Source of the DNA: Megasphaera elsdenii DSM 20460
GTDB lineage: Bacteria; Bacillota; Negativicutes; Veillonellales; Megasphaeraceae
Assembly (NCBI RefSeq): GCF_003010495.1
Contig: NZ_CP027570.1
Span: 750,001-782,000 of the forward strand
DNA length: 32,000 nucleotides
Direction: 5' to 3'
Positions 8,497 through 16,649 of this stretch are shown here, in pieces; the stretch's first letter is position 1; each line of letters starts with the position of its first letter. The notes under the pieces were generated by a model. It had not been told where the DNA came from. It saw only the letters and a list, made by a program, of their open reading frames with translations, and did no database searches. The position numbers and the translations under genes are program-made.

Positions 8497-10253
8497 CAGT
8501 GGAGCGTCCCTTTATCGAGGAGAACTGTTTCCGGGAGACCGAGGAGTTTATTGTTAGCGTTTATAACGGCGTTATCCCATTTTTTCGGTGCTGCCGCAAT
8601 GGGGACGCCGGCCATCTTATTCTTGAGCATCTGGATAGCCCGGGCTGCTACTTCTTTCGTGACGCACGAGCAGCCGGCGACGTCGTTTTCAAAACCGCCT
8701 TGGTCCATATTTTCTTCGACCATGGCATCGGCATAGGGATTGCCAACGACGAGCTGTCCCTGGTAGGCGCAGAAGGAAACGCCCACGACGGGGATTCCCC
8801 GCTTGCCAGCCTGGCCGATATGCTGGATGAAGTCGATATGGTTGTTGCCAAAACCTTCCGTCGTAATGATGCAACCGTCGATGTCCAGGCTTTCCAAAAG
8901 CGAACCTAAGCGGTCAGAAACCCAGAGCTTTTCGTCATTGACCTGAGGGGATCCGACGAAGACGACGCCGATAAGGTCCAGTTCATCATCCTTAGCCAGG
9001 CCTTCGACCAAGGGTTCGCGGATATAATGGCGGGTCATTTCTTTCGTAGCCGGTCCAATGCAGGTCAAAGCGTGGATGGAACCGTCGCGGACCTGGTTCG
9101 GCGTCAAGACGATGGGCACGTTGCCGAGGTCGACGTTTTTCTGGCCGCCCATGACGCCGCACGGTTCATTCGGGCAGAGAACATTGTCATGCATAGCCCC
9201 TTGGCCCATGATTTCCTTGACCAAGACGACGCGGGGATTGCCTTTCCGGCGCAGGTCTTCGCAAACTTCTTCACGGACGACTTCACCGTCGTATTTCTTC
9301 AATTCGTTGCGGACGGCCTGAATGATGTAGTCTTCGCATTTATGAGCGGCAAAAGGTCCCGGACGGGTCATGCCGGTAAGCCGTTTGATGACGGCATGGC
9401 AGCGGATGATGATGTCCCCTTCATCGGCACAGCCAGGATGGCCAAAATACATCTTTTCATCGAGGAACCCTTCAGACGATCCGAATTCGTGAATCTGGAC
9501 GCCATCTTCATCGACGCCAGTGAGCATGAATACGACGCCGTCAGCCACTTTAGTGACGCCTTCACCGAGTTCGCCTTCGACTTTCGTCGCAATAGGCGCG
9601 ACGTCCATGATGGTGTCCGTATAGACGTGGCGTTTATCAGGATAAATAACATCGAGGCTCATGCTGACGCAGAGCGGGTCTTCTTTGACGGCCTTGTCAA
9701 CGATGGATCCATCGATAAAAATCTTGCCGTCTTTGATGGCCGTATGGTCGCTGATTTCGACATCTGTAATCTTGATGTGCTTCTTGAGCAGTGTGCGGAT
9801 GACTTTCTTTTCGCCTCTGCCCGTTTCTGCTGCCGGCAGGACACCGGACGCGCCTAAGACGGTCCCTGCCGGGATATCCAGGCTCAGGCCTTCCAGTTTA
9901 TCGATTTTCAGATGAATCGTCCCGGACGGTGCGGCTTCCGGAGCAGCTGCTTTGGCCGGAGCTGCGGTCGGTACCGTTTCAACAGGCTTAGCCGACTTAG
10001 GATTGACTTTATCCAAGACGTCTTTGGTAATCGGCGTCAAGGCTTCTACGTCTTTCTGGAGCGTACTGCCCAAGACTTCTTCGATAGTCAAGCCGTCATC
10101 GCTCAAGGTGAGCAGGCCGGCATCGACCATATCGTCAAACAGCGTCGGATCTTCCAGGTCATCGGCTCCGATGACTGTCCCCTTAGCCCGGCGGCAGCAG
10201 AAAACAGCAGGATCCGTAAGGTGTTTCTGTAAGGTATCTTTCGTAATAGACAT
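8496..10253 (-). CDS. prdA: D-proline reductase proprotein PrdA (pyruvoyl enzyme precursor)
   Basis: The 585-aa protein has a GGGGGAG RBS. There is an Ala/Pro-rich linker (TAAPAKAAAPEAAPS). The processing-site-like motif HALTCIGP places Cys398 at 9060-9062. Confidence 0.9.
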   Translation of the reverse strand: MSITKDTLQKHLTDPAVFCCRRAKGTVIGADDLEDPTLFDDMVDAGLLTLSDDGLTIEEVLGSTLQKDVEALTPITKDVLDKVNPKSAKPVETVPTAAPAKAAAPEAAPSGTIHLKIDKLEGLSLDIPAGTVLGASGVLPAAETGRGEKKVIRTLLKKHIKITDVEISDHTAIKDGKIFIDGSIVDKAVKEDPLCVSMSLDVIYPDKRHVYTDTIMDVAPIATKVEGELGEGVTKVADGVVFMLTGVDEDGVQIHEFGSSEGFLDEKMYFGHPGCADEGDIIIRCHAVIKRLTGMTRPGPFAAHKCEDYIIQAVRNELKKYDGEVVREEVCEDLRRKGNPRVVLVKEIMGQGAMHDNVLCPNEPCGVMGGQKNVDLGNVPIVLTPNQVRDGSIHALTCIGPATKEMTRHYIREPLVEGLAKDDELDLIGVVFVGSPQVNDEKLWVSDRLGSLLESLDIDGCIITTEGFGNNHIDFIQHIGQAGKRGIPVVGVSFCAYQGQLVVGNPYADAMVEENMDQGGFENDVAGCSCVTKEVAARAIQMLKNKMAGVPIAAAPKKWDNAVINANNKLLGLPETVLLDKGTLH

Positions 10254-10280
10254 ACAATCACTCCCCCTGTGTAGTATGAA

Positions 10281-11573
10281 TTACGCCTTGATGCGGCGGA
10301 TTAATTTATGATGGACAGCCCGCAGGGCACCATCGGTACAATGGTAGACCGGCAAATGGAGCTGTGGCGCACAGGCCATGACCGTATTGGTACAGTCCGT
10401 GCAGTTGCTGATGAGCAGGGCCTGGGCCCCTTCTTTCTTCAAGGTCATGACCCGTTGGACTTGTCCCGGGCAATGGCCGGGATTATCGCATTTGCGGACG
10501 CCTGGCTTGACTTCGTGAGCCTGTTTGCAGAAGGCGACGCCGGCGACGGCAGAACCCATGGACGCTGCCATTTCCCGTAGCCGTTTTTCATCGGCGCCGC
10601 AGGCACAGACGAGAAGCCCTATTTTTTCAGGTCCTGGCAAAAACGTTTCTGCCGCAATGATGCCGCCTGTCGTCTTGACGATAGGCGCATCCAGCGTCGT
10701 CCGCTTGCCCATGAACGGGCCTCCCATGATGAGCTCGCCATATTCCTTTCCCAAGCCGCCGGCCCGTTCCAAGACATCGCTGACAGCCATGCCCAAGGGC
10801 ATATCATGGAAAATCTGGACTTCCGGGCCATTCAACTTGCCCGCTACGGTCAAGTCTTTGTCGATGAGCGGTTTCTTAGCATCGATGGCTTCGGCCATGC
10901 GCTGGAGCGTTTCCACATTGATGATGACGGCTCCGGCTTTCGACGGCAGGCTGCCGGCATCGAGGAGCGTCCCTAGGACTTCCCGGACGACGGCCCGTTC
11001 TTCCCCAACAGGATAGATATTGGGCAAAAAATGAAGGGCCAGGCGGTCATCATCAGCAATAGCTTGCTGTAAAGCCCGGACGGCGTCACCATGGATGGCT
11101 TTGATGGCGATGACACCTTTATCGGCATGGACGAGGTCCATAGCCAGCTGCAAGCCGCGTATCATCGGACGGCAATCTTTTTCCAAGGCGTCGATATTAT
11201 GGTTCAGGATGGGTTCACACTCTGAAGCATTGGCAATGACGACACCGCCATGAGAAAAAGGAACGGCCAGTTTCTGATACGTCGGGAATCCGGCGCCGCC
11301 CAAGCCGACGATTCCGGCCTGACGGATACACTCCAACGGCGCCTGTGCCGTAAGGGGCACGTAGTCTTTCGGCTGGACGTCGTCAGCTCGAACGATGACG
11401 GCATTCCCCGTCACTTCCAGGACCATCCCGGATACACTCGTATATATCGGGCTTCCTAATCCTTCCCCAGCCTCAGCGATGCATTGGCCACGCTGTACCC
11501 TGTCTCCAGGCTGGACCACCGGGACCGATGGGGCACCGATGTGCTGCGAAAAAGGAAAAACAAAGGGTCTCAC
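10281..11573 (-). CDS. prdC: RnfC-like electron transfer protein PrdC
   Basis: The 430-aa protein has a GTG start at 11573, 7 nt after AGGAGGTG. The N-terminal region is RnfC-like (GLGGAGFPTYQK) and the C-terminus is Cys-rich. It is the first gene of the prd cluster. Confidence 0.82.
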   Translation of the reverse strand: MRPFVFPFSQHIGAPSVPVVQPGDRVQRGQCIAEAGEGLGSPIYTSVSGMVLEVTGNAVIVRADDVQPKDYVPLTAQAPLECIRQAGIVGLGGAGFPTYQKLAVPFSHGGVVIANASECEPILNHNIDALEKDCRPMIRGLQLAMDLVHADKGVIAIKAIHGDAVRALQQAIADDDRLALHFLPNIYPVGEERAVVREVLGTLLDAGSLPSKAGAVIINVETLQRMAEAIDAKKPLIDKDLTVAGKLNGPEVQIFHDMPLGMAVSDVLERAGGLGKEYGELIMGGPFMGKRTTLDAPIVKTTGGIIAAETFLPGPEKIGLLVCACGADEKRLREMAASMGSAVAGVAFCKQAHEVKPGVRKCDNPGHCPGQVQRVMTLKKEGAQALLISNCTDCTNTVMACAPQLHLPVYHCTDGALRAVHHKLIRRIKA

Positions 11574-11733
11574 GTCCGTCCACCTCCTAGGATCATGATG
11601 CTTAGATTCTTTCTTCGCTTGATGTCCTCAAGCATGGCCTTAGTATAGTCTCCAGACAGGTTGAAAAAAACAGGAAAACTTGAAATTTTCATGAATTCAC
11701 CTTATTCGCCTTATTTTTTATCGATAAATTCTG

Positions 11734-11742
11734 TGTTACAAT
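11734..11742 (+). promoter_or_regulatory. Candidate extended -10 element (TGtTACAAT) for the 484-aa HTH gene
   Basis: TGTTACAAT lies 66 nt upstream of the ATG at 11808. The only -35 candidate is a weak TTATCG. This call rests on the sequence pattern alone. Confidence 0.3.
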
Positions 11743-11807
11743 AATAAAAGCAGGCTTATTTCTGGAGGAGTGAATAAAAAAGCTGCCCGATAGAGGGGGA
11801 ATGATAC

Positions 11808-13262
11808 ATGATCGTAGAAACTTACCCGATTGCATTGAAGAAATTCATGAAATTCACGAAAACAAAATCTGTGACCCTGGCAGAACGCATCGGTTACGAT
11901 GTATCCTATATCAGTAAGTGGATCAACGGAGCCAAGCTGCCATCGTCACGGGCTATAGAACGCGTCAATGAAGATGCGGCTGCACTCTTTGCTGAAACGA
12001 TTGAAAAACTCGATCGCCGCGAAGACTGCTGCCGCTATTTTTCTTTTCCCGACACGACAGAAGACCTGACCTTCGCCATCAGCGACTATCTAAGCCGGGC
12101 ATACCGCACGTCGCTCCAAAACGGACGCACTGAAAAAAGCAAGAAATCCTGGCCTGTCCGCATCGTCACGAGCCATCAGAAAGCCGCCCACTTCTTAAAA
12201 GATTTATTCCGAAAAAAAATCCCTACCCTGACGGGCAAGGAAGAATTAGTCATTTATGGAGAATTCTTTGATTTCTATGACGATGGCTTTTGGTCTTACC
12301 TCGACGTGCCGTCCCACTATAAACGCCTGCGCATCCGCATCGGTCTGGACAAGGAAAAACTGCGCCGCCATCCTAAATACGTGACCCGACTCTACGCCGT
12401 CCTCAATCGCTTCATGGATGCAGAATTCACTTTTTACGACTTCTCTGCCCTGAGCGACGCCAACCTCATCATCCTCAAGGACCAGTTCGTCATCCAGTAT
12501 TCGCTTCAAAGCCACCGGGGGATGATGATGTGTTCCTATATCGATGATCCAGCCGTCGTTCACGACATTTACGAGCGCTTTGGCGTCCACCATACACCGA
12601 AACTCCTCACGCATATCCAGAGCCCTTGGAACGACGACTACGGCTACCGCACGTCCTTCTATGAAACGTCGCGGTTCTGCTTCTTCCTGACCAACGGCAT
12701 CGAATACCTCCTGCCACAGGAAGTATTCGACCGGCTTATTTCCGAATCGTCGGCCGACCGAGCCGGCAATATCGAGCGGCTATGCATTACCTGGGAAGAA
12801 ATCATCGCCAAAGCCCGCGTATCGCTCATCGTGCCGACGCCCTCCTTCATGCGCTATCTGGAAACGGGACACATCGACTTGACCGACGTCCAGTATACCT
12901 TGACGCCAAGCGAACGGATTGAACATTTGAAGGTCATCGCCCGGACGCTGACCCAGAGCCAGTGCATCACCTTGTCGACGATGCACTTGTCGCCGGCCTT
13001 CCTGTCCTACAAAGAAGCCAACCTGTCCTTTTATTCCAACTACCGCATGAGCTTCTTCAAAAAGAATACCCTGGCCATGAACAGCCAGGCCGACCCGTTC
13101 TACATCATCGTCGACAAAGAGTTGGATAAGATGGTCCTGGACTACTTCGACAGCATGACAAAGGCGTCATACTGCCAGCCTTGCAACGGTCCGGAACTGG
13201 AAAGCAAAATCAGGATCTACCAACACATGCTGGAAAAAATCACCAGTTTAGCTGGCGCATAG
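11808..13262 (+). CDS. Helix-turn-helix (XRE-like N-terminus) protein with a large uncharacterised C-terminal region; candidate regulator divergent from the prd cluster
   Basis: The 484-aa ORF has a GAGGGGGA RBS. Its N-terminus, KSVTLAERIGYDVSYISKWINGAKLPS, is a typical HTH_XRE segment. I do not recognise the remaining ~420 aa. Confidence 0.6.
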   Translation: MIVETYPIALKKFMKFTKTKSVTLAERIGYDVSYISKWINGAKLPSSRAIERVNEDAAALFAETIEKLDRREDCCRYFSFPDTTEDLTFAISDYLSRAYRTSLQNGRTEKSKKSWPVRIVTSHQKAAHFLKDLFRKKIPTLTGKEELVIYGEFFDFYDDGFWSYLDVPSHYKRLRIRIGLDKEKLRRHPKYVTRLYAVLNRFMDAEFTFYDFSALSDANLIILKDQFVIQYSLQSHRGMMMCSYIDDPAVVHDIYERFGVHHTPKLLTHIQSPWNDDYGYRTSFYETSRFCFFLTNGIEYLLPQEVFDRLISESSADRAGNIERLCITWEEIIAKARVSLIVPTPSFMRYLETGHIDLTDVQYTLTPSERIEHLKVIARTLTQSQCITLSTMHLSPAFLSYKEANLSFYSNYRMSFFKKNTLAMNSQADPFYIIVDKELDKMVLDYFDSMTKASYCQPCNGPELESKIRIYQHMLEKITSLAGA

Positions 13263-13266
13263 AAAA

Positions 13267-13297
13267 AGAGGCTGTCGCATGAAGACAGCCTCTTTTT
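13267..13297. terminator. Rho-independent terminator between convergent genes
   Basis: AGAGGCTGTC (13267-13276) pairs with GACAGCCTCT (13284-13293) around the loop GCATGAA, followed by a T-run to 13297. The 20-nt core GCTGTCGCA(T/G)GAAGACAGC is nearly identical to the terminator at 2111-2140. Confidence 0.75.
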
Positions 13298-13309
13298 GCG
13301 TTGTAGGGC

Positions 13310-13334
13310 GGGCTTACCACGTGCAAGCCCCTAC
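13310..13334. repeat. 25-nt palindromic intergenic motif with a CACGTG core (copy 2)
   Basis: GGGCTTACCACGTGCAAGCCCCTAC is embedded in a longer inverted repeat, GTTGTAG...CTACAAC (13299-13347). See 2265-2289 for copy 1. Confidence 0.5.
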
Positions 13335-13351
13335 GGACTACAACCTATTAT

Positions 13352-14698
13352 TTACATGGAAATCTTGCTGGTCTTGGTCCAGATGCCCATCTTTTCTGCA
13401 TCTTTGATGAGTTCTTCACGGAAGTCCGGATGAGCGATGTTGATCAAGGCTTCGGCGCGTTCCCACGTCGATTTGCCTTTCAGCAGGGCTGTACCGTATT
13501 CGGTGACGATGTAGTGGACAGCCGAACGCGGCGTCGTGATGACCGTGCCAGCCGGGAGGGTCGGTTTGATCAGGGATTCGACATGGCCATCCTTGAATTT
13601 ACGCGTCGAATGGACGCAGATGAAGCTCTTGCCGCCGTTGGATGCGAAAGCGCCCTGGGCGAAGTCGAGCTGGCCGCCGGTTCCGCTAATCTGCTGATAG
13701 CCAGCCGTTTCAGCGTTGACCTGGCCATAGAGGTCAAGGTCGATGCAGCCGTTGATGGAGATGAATTTATCGATGCTGGCAACGACGCCGACGTTGTTGA
13801 CGTAGCTTACCGGCGCATTGAAGACGATCTGGTTATCGTTGATGAAATCATAGAGGCGCTGTGTACCACCGGCAAAAGCATAAATGATTTTACCTTTATC
13901 GCGGTTCTTGTTGCCCGTAATCTTGCCGGCTTCATAGAGGTCGACATAGGAATCGACGAGCATTTCCGTATGACCGCTCAAATCTTTGACATCCGATTCA
14001 GCCAGTTTGCGGCCGACAGCCGACGGGATACCGCCGATACCGAGCTGAAGCGTACTGCCGTCTTCAATCATGGGGATGATGTAATCGGCGATTTTGTCGT
14101 CGACCGGCGTACCTGCCCGGTTGGGGATCTGCGGCATAGGATGATTCGAACCTTCGACGACATAGTCAACGTCGCAGAGGTTCAGTTCCGTTTCATAGCC
14201 CAGGGCTTTCGGCATGTTCTGGTTGACTTCGAGAATGATCGTCTTAGCTGCACGGATCAAGCCGCGAAGGTCCGAAGCCTGAGGCCCGAGATTGAAGTTG
14301 CCCCACTGGTCCATAGGATGAACCTGGATGATGAGTTTATCGATGTTTTCCCAATACTTCGGCAATTCGTTGAAGAGAATAGGAATGAACCAGCAGCGGC
14401 CATCTTTGGACATCTTGCGTTCAAACCCGTTCATATGAGCCGTTGCGAAGCGGATTTGTTCGTTCGAATCACTATTCAGATAAGCTGCATACGGTTCGTC
14501 TTTGACGACAGTCGTAGCGACGATTTCAACGCCGTGCAGGTCTTTAGCCCGCTTACCGATTTCGATATCGATATCATACGGAGCAGCGCAGCCGAGGCCA
14601 TAAGAAACGCGGTCGCCATCTTTGACGAGGGCTGCCGCCTGTTCAGCCGTAATCAATTTTTTCTTATACTCTTCAGGGATTTGTGAAAGTTTGTACAT
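13352..14698 (-). CDS. Acetyl-CoA hydrolase/transferase family enzyme, butyryl-CoA:acetate CoA-transferase-like
   Basis: The track ORF starts at 14728. I prefer the ATG at 14698 (MYKLSQIPEEYKKKLITAEQAA), 9 nt after AAGGAGGA, which gives 448 aa. Family motifs are LQLGIGGIPSAVG, ISGTGGQLDF and ERAEALINIAHPDFREEL. Confidence 0.85.
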   Translation of the reverse strand: MYKLSQIPEEYKKKLITAEQAAALVKDGDRVSYGLGCAAPYDIDIEIGKRAKDLHGVEIVATTVVKDEPYAAYLNSDSNEQIRFATAHMNGFERKMSKDGRCWFIPILFNELPKYWENIDKLIIQVHPMDQWGNFNLGPQASDLRGLIRAAKTIILEVNQNMPKALGYETELNLCDVDYVVEGSNHPMPQIPNRAGTPVDDKIADYIIPMIEDGSTLQLGIGGIPSAVGRKLAESDVKDLSGHTEMLVDSYVDLYEAGKITGNKNRDKGKIIYAFAGGTQRLYDFINDNQIVFNAPVSYVNNVGVVASIDKFISINGCIDLDLYGQVNAETAGYQQISGTGGQLDFAQGAFASNGGKSFICVHSTRKFKDGHVESLIKPTLPAGTVITTPRSAVHYIVTEYGTALLKGKSTWERAEALINIAHPDFREELIKDAEKMGIWTKTSKISM

Positions 14699-14846
14699 TC
14701 TAAAGTCTCCTCCTTCATGACTTTGCAATAGTAGTATGAGATAACCTTACATATAGTATAAAACTTTCCTGCGACAACTGCAACGACATTTTGTGAAAAA
14801 TATTACAAAATCTGGAGGTAGAACGTCTAAAAAAGCTTTTGTTTTA

Positions 14847-14855
14847 TGGTACAAT
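14847..14855 (+). promoter_or_regulatory. Candidate extended -10 element (TGgTACAAT) for the DMT transporter gene
   Basis: TGGTACAAT lies 49 nt upstream of the ATG at 14904 in an AT-rich spacer. This call rests on the sequence pattern alone. Confidence 0.35.
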
Positions 14856-14903
14856 TATATTATTGTCACTTTGACGAATCCACAATAAAGGAAGATTTAT
14901 CTC

Positions 14904-15836
14904 ATGTATCAGTCACAAGCAAAGGGCACGATACTGCTGCTCATTACAGCCCTCATCTGGGGGGCGGCCTTTGTCGCTCAGAGCGTCGGCATGGACTATA
15001 TCGGCCCTTTTACTTTCAGCGCCGCCCGCGATGTCATCGCCATCGTCGTCCTCATCCCGGTCATCCTGCTGTTTACCGATAAAAGGGCAGATGGGACGTA
15101 TCCGCCAATTTTGCACCAGTTGAAGCCGGATCGCATCACCCTCATAGGCGGGGCCTGGTGCGGCCTGGTCCTGGGCGCCGCCGATACGCTGCAGCAGGTC
15201 GGTATCTCCATGACGACAGCTGGGAAAGCCGGGTTCATCACGGCCCTGTATATCATTCTCGTCCCCCTCCTGGGCCGCTTCATGGGCCGCAAGGTCTCGC
15301 GGATCATCGTAATCTGCGTCGCCCTGGCCATTGCCGGCTTTTACCTCTTATGCATCAACGGCGATTTCCAAGTTTCTTTCGGCGACTTCCTGGTCCTCTG
15401 CTGTGCCGTCTTCTTCGCCCTGCACATCCTGGTCATCGACCATTTTCTCTTGAAAAAAGCCAACAGCATCAAGTTGTCCTGGGTCCAGTTCGCCACGGCC
15501 TTTCTCTTTTCCGGCACCCTGACAGTCCTCTTCGAGCAGCCCGACTGGTCCGCCCTGTGGGCTGCCAAATGGCCCCTTCTCTACGCCGGCGGCCTGTCCA
15601 GCGGCGTCGCCTACACCTTGCAAATCGTTGGCCAGAAATATACCGAACCGACAACGGCGACCCTCATCATGAGCCTGGAATCAGTTTTTGCCGCCTTAGC
15701 AGGCTGGCTTATCCTGGGAGAAGTCATGACAGCCAAAGAATTGACCGGCTGCGTCCTCGTCTTCGCCGCCGTCATCTTAGCGCAGATTCCCTTGCCGCAC
15801 ATCTCTTTCCGACAGAAGAATCATAACCACCAGTAA
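14904..15836 (+). CDS. DMT superfamily (EamA-type) transporter
   Basis: The 310-aa protein has about 10 hydrophobic segments in two EamA-like halves. The N-terminus reads LLLITALIWGAAFVAQSVG. An AAAGGAAG RBS lies upstream. Confidence 0.85.
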   Translation: MYQSQAKGTILLLITALIWGAAFVAQSVGMDYIGPFTFSAARDVIAIVVLIPVILLFTDKRADGTYPPILHQLKPDRITLIGGAWCGLVLGAADTLQQVGISMTTAGKAGFITALYIILVPLLGRFMGRKVSRIIVICVALAIAGFYLLCINGDFQVSFGDFLVLCCAVFFALHILVIDHFLLKKANSIKLSWVQFATAFLFSGTLTVLFEQPDWSALWAAKWPLLYAGGLSSGVAYTLQIVGQKYTEPTTATLIMSLESVFAALAGWLILGEVMTAKELTGCVLVFAAVILAQIPLPHISFRQKNHNHQ

Positions 15837-15938
15837 AACTGGTGGTTTGCTCAGGCCCTATAAGGGCCTAACTCCCGTGGTAGCACTCTAAAGAGTGCAC
15901 CGAATAAAAGTCTGGCAATCACACTTTTATTACAGGCT

Positions 15939-15963
15939 GCCCCCTACTCGGGGGCTTTTTTTT
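15939..15963 (+). terminator. Strong rho-independent terminator (plus-strand sense) abutting the tnpA 3' end
   Basis: GCCCCC (15939-15944) pairs with GGGGGC (15950-15955) around the loop TACTC, followed by a T8 run (15956-15963). Confidence 0.6.
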
Positions 15964-15965
15964 GC

Positions 15966-16439
15966 CTACTTTTTCCTGCTACCCGTAAACGGGTCTACGT
16001 ATTCCTTGAAATCTAATGTATCCATTTCAATATCTTCTTGTAATTGATTGCGAATATACTCCTTAATAGCTCCTTCATATTTTCCCACTGTATCCACTTA
16101 ATAACCTCGGCACCAAAAATGTCGATTCCCATATTTATATTTCAGGTTTGCATGGCGGTCAAAAATCATCAGGCTACTTTTATACTCTTTAAAATATCCC
16201 ATGAATTGAGATACGCTAAGATGCGGTGGAATAGCCACTAAAATATGAATATGATCCGGGCAGCATTCTCCTTCAATTAACTCAACCTGCTTTCGATTAC
16301 AAAGTGACCTTAATATCTTTCCTATATCTTCTTTTATTTGTCCATAAATAATTTGTCTACGGTACTTAGGCGCAAATACAATATGATACTTGCATCGCCA
16401 TTTGCTATGTGATAAACTTTTTACGTCATTCATTGACAT
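15966..16439 (-). pseudogene. tnpA: IS200-type Y1 transposase TnpA interrupted by an in-frame TAA
   Basis: From the ATG at 16439 (GAGAGG RBS) the sequence reads MSMNDVKSLSHSKWRCKYHIVFAPKYRR...CPDHIHILVAIPP...FWCRGY, then TAA at 16098-16100. The same frame then continues VDTVGKYEGAIKEYIRNQLQEDIEMDTLDFKEYVDPFTGSRKK to the TAG at 15966-15968. The nonsense codon is codon 114 of 157. Confidence 0.8.
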
Positions 16440-16440
16440 G

Positions 16441-16500
16441 AACCTCTCTTCTGAATAATGTAGTGGTTGCCAGACCATCTACATTGTATCATGAGAGGTT
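16441..16500 (-). promoter_or_regulatory. Stem-loop that sequesters the tnpA RBS (IS200-style translational control)
   Basis: AACCTCTC (16441-16448) is complementary to GAGAGGTT (16493-16500), with an inner stem ATGTAG/CTACAT. The outer stem contains the GAGAGG Shine-Dalgarno of tnpA. Confidence 0.45.
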
Positions 16501-16527
16501 CTTTTTTTACTTTAAGAAATTTTACTT

Positions 16528-16548
16528 ACCCCCAGTTGAACTGGGGGT
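16528..16548. repeat. GC-rich hairpin at the tnpA-proximal end of the IS200-like element
   Basis: ACCCCCAG (16528-16535) pairs with CTGGGGGT (16541-16548) around the loop TTGAA. Confidence 0.5.
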
Positions 16549-16570
16549 TTAATCATGCCTATTCGGCGCC

Positions 16571-16613
16571 AAAAAAATCCCTGAAAAAGGAACCATTGTT
16601 CCTTTTCCAGGGA
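16571..16613 (-). terminator. Rho-independent terminator (minus sense) after the ridA fragment
   Basis: On the minus strand, TCCCTGGAAAAGGAAC pairs with GTTCCTTTTTCAGGGA and is followed by a T7 run (plus-strand A7 at 16571-16577). Confidence 0.65.
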
Positions 16614-16649
16614 AGAAGGGTGGGCATTTATCTAAGCGCAAAGCATGAT

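Larger units (their letters stand above)
15849..16555 (-). mobile_element. IS200-like element (IS200/IS605 family, tnpA only); boundaries approximate
   Basis: A Y1 HUH transposase gene is flanked by the hallmarks of IS200: an RBS-occluding stem-loop and a GC-rich hairpin (ACCCCCAG/CTGGGGGT) upstream of tnpA. The size is about 0.7 kb. I could not define the exact ends. Confidence 0.55.

Noticed and set aside
11570-11635. A 21-codon upstream ORF (MLEDIKRRKNLSIMILGGGRT) whose TGA overlaps the prdC GTG start, plus nested stems (ATGCTT/AAGCAT, CTTGA/TCAAG) in the leader. I considered it a proline-sensing attenuator.
   Set aside because: It has no Shine-Dalgarno at a usable distance and no Pro codons in the peptide. 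The stems are short. It is worth a look in transcript data, but the sequence alone does not support it.
11574-11720. A sigma-54 -24/-12 promoter upstream of prdC, as in clostridial PrdR-dependent prd operons.
   Set aside because: Reading the minus strand of the spacer, I found no TGG-N9-TTGC-type match. The TGGCAC strings at 501-506, 1947-1952 and 2584-2589 are intragenic and lack a -12 box.
13430-14686. Long plus-strand ORFs antisense to well-supported minus-strand genes: 13430..14686 (418 aa), 29154..30404 (416 aa), 9027..9857, 3906..4616, 18864..19574, 30738..31280, 22715..23398, 5576..6124 and 1523..2026 (minus, antisense to the aminopeptidase).
   Set aside because: They lie opposite genes with clear family motifs. 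Their products are low-complexity (Asp/Arg/Gly/Phe-rich) with no recognisable domains and no RBS. Such shadow ORFs are expected on the antisense strand of GC-rich coding DNA.
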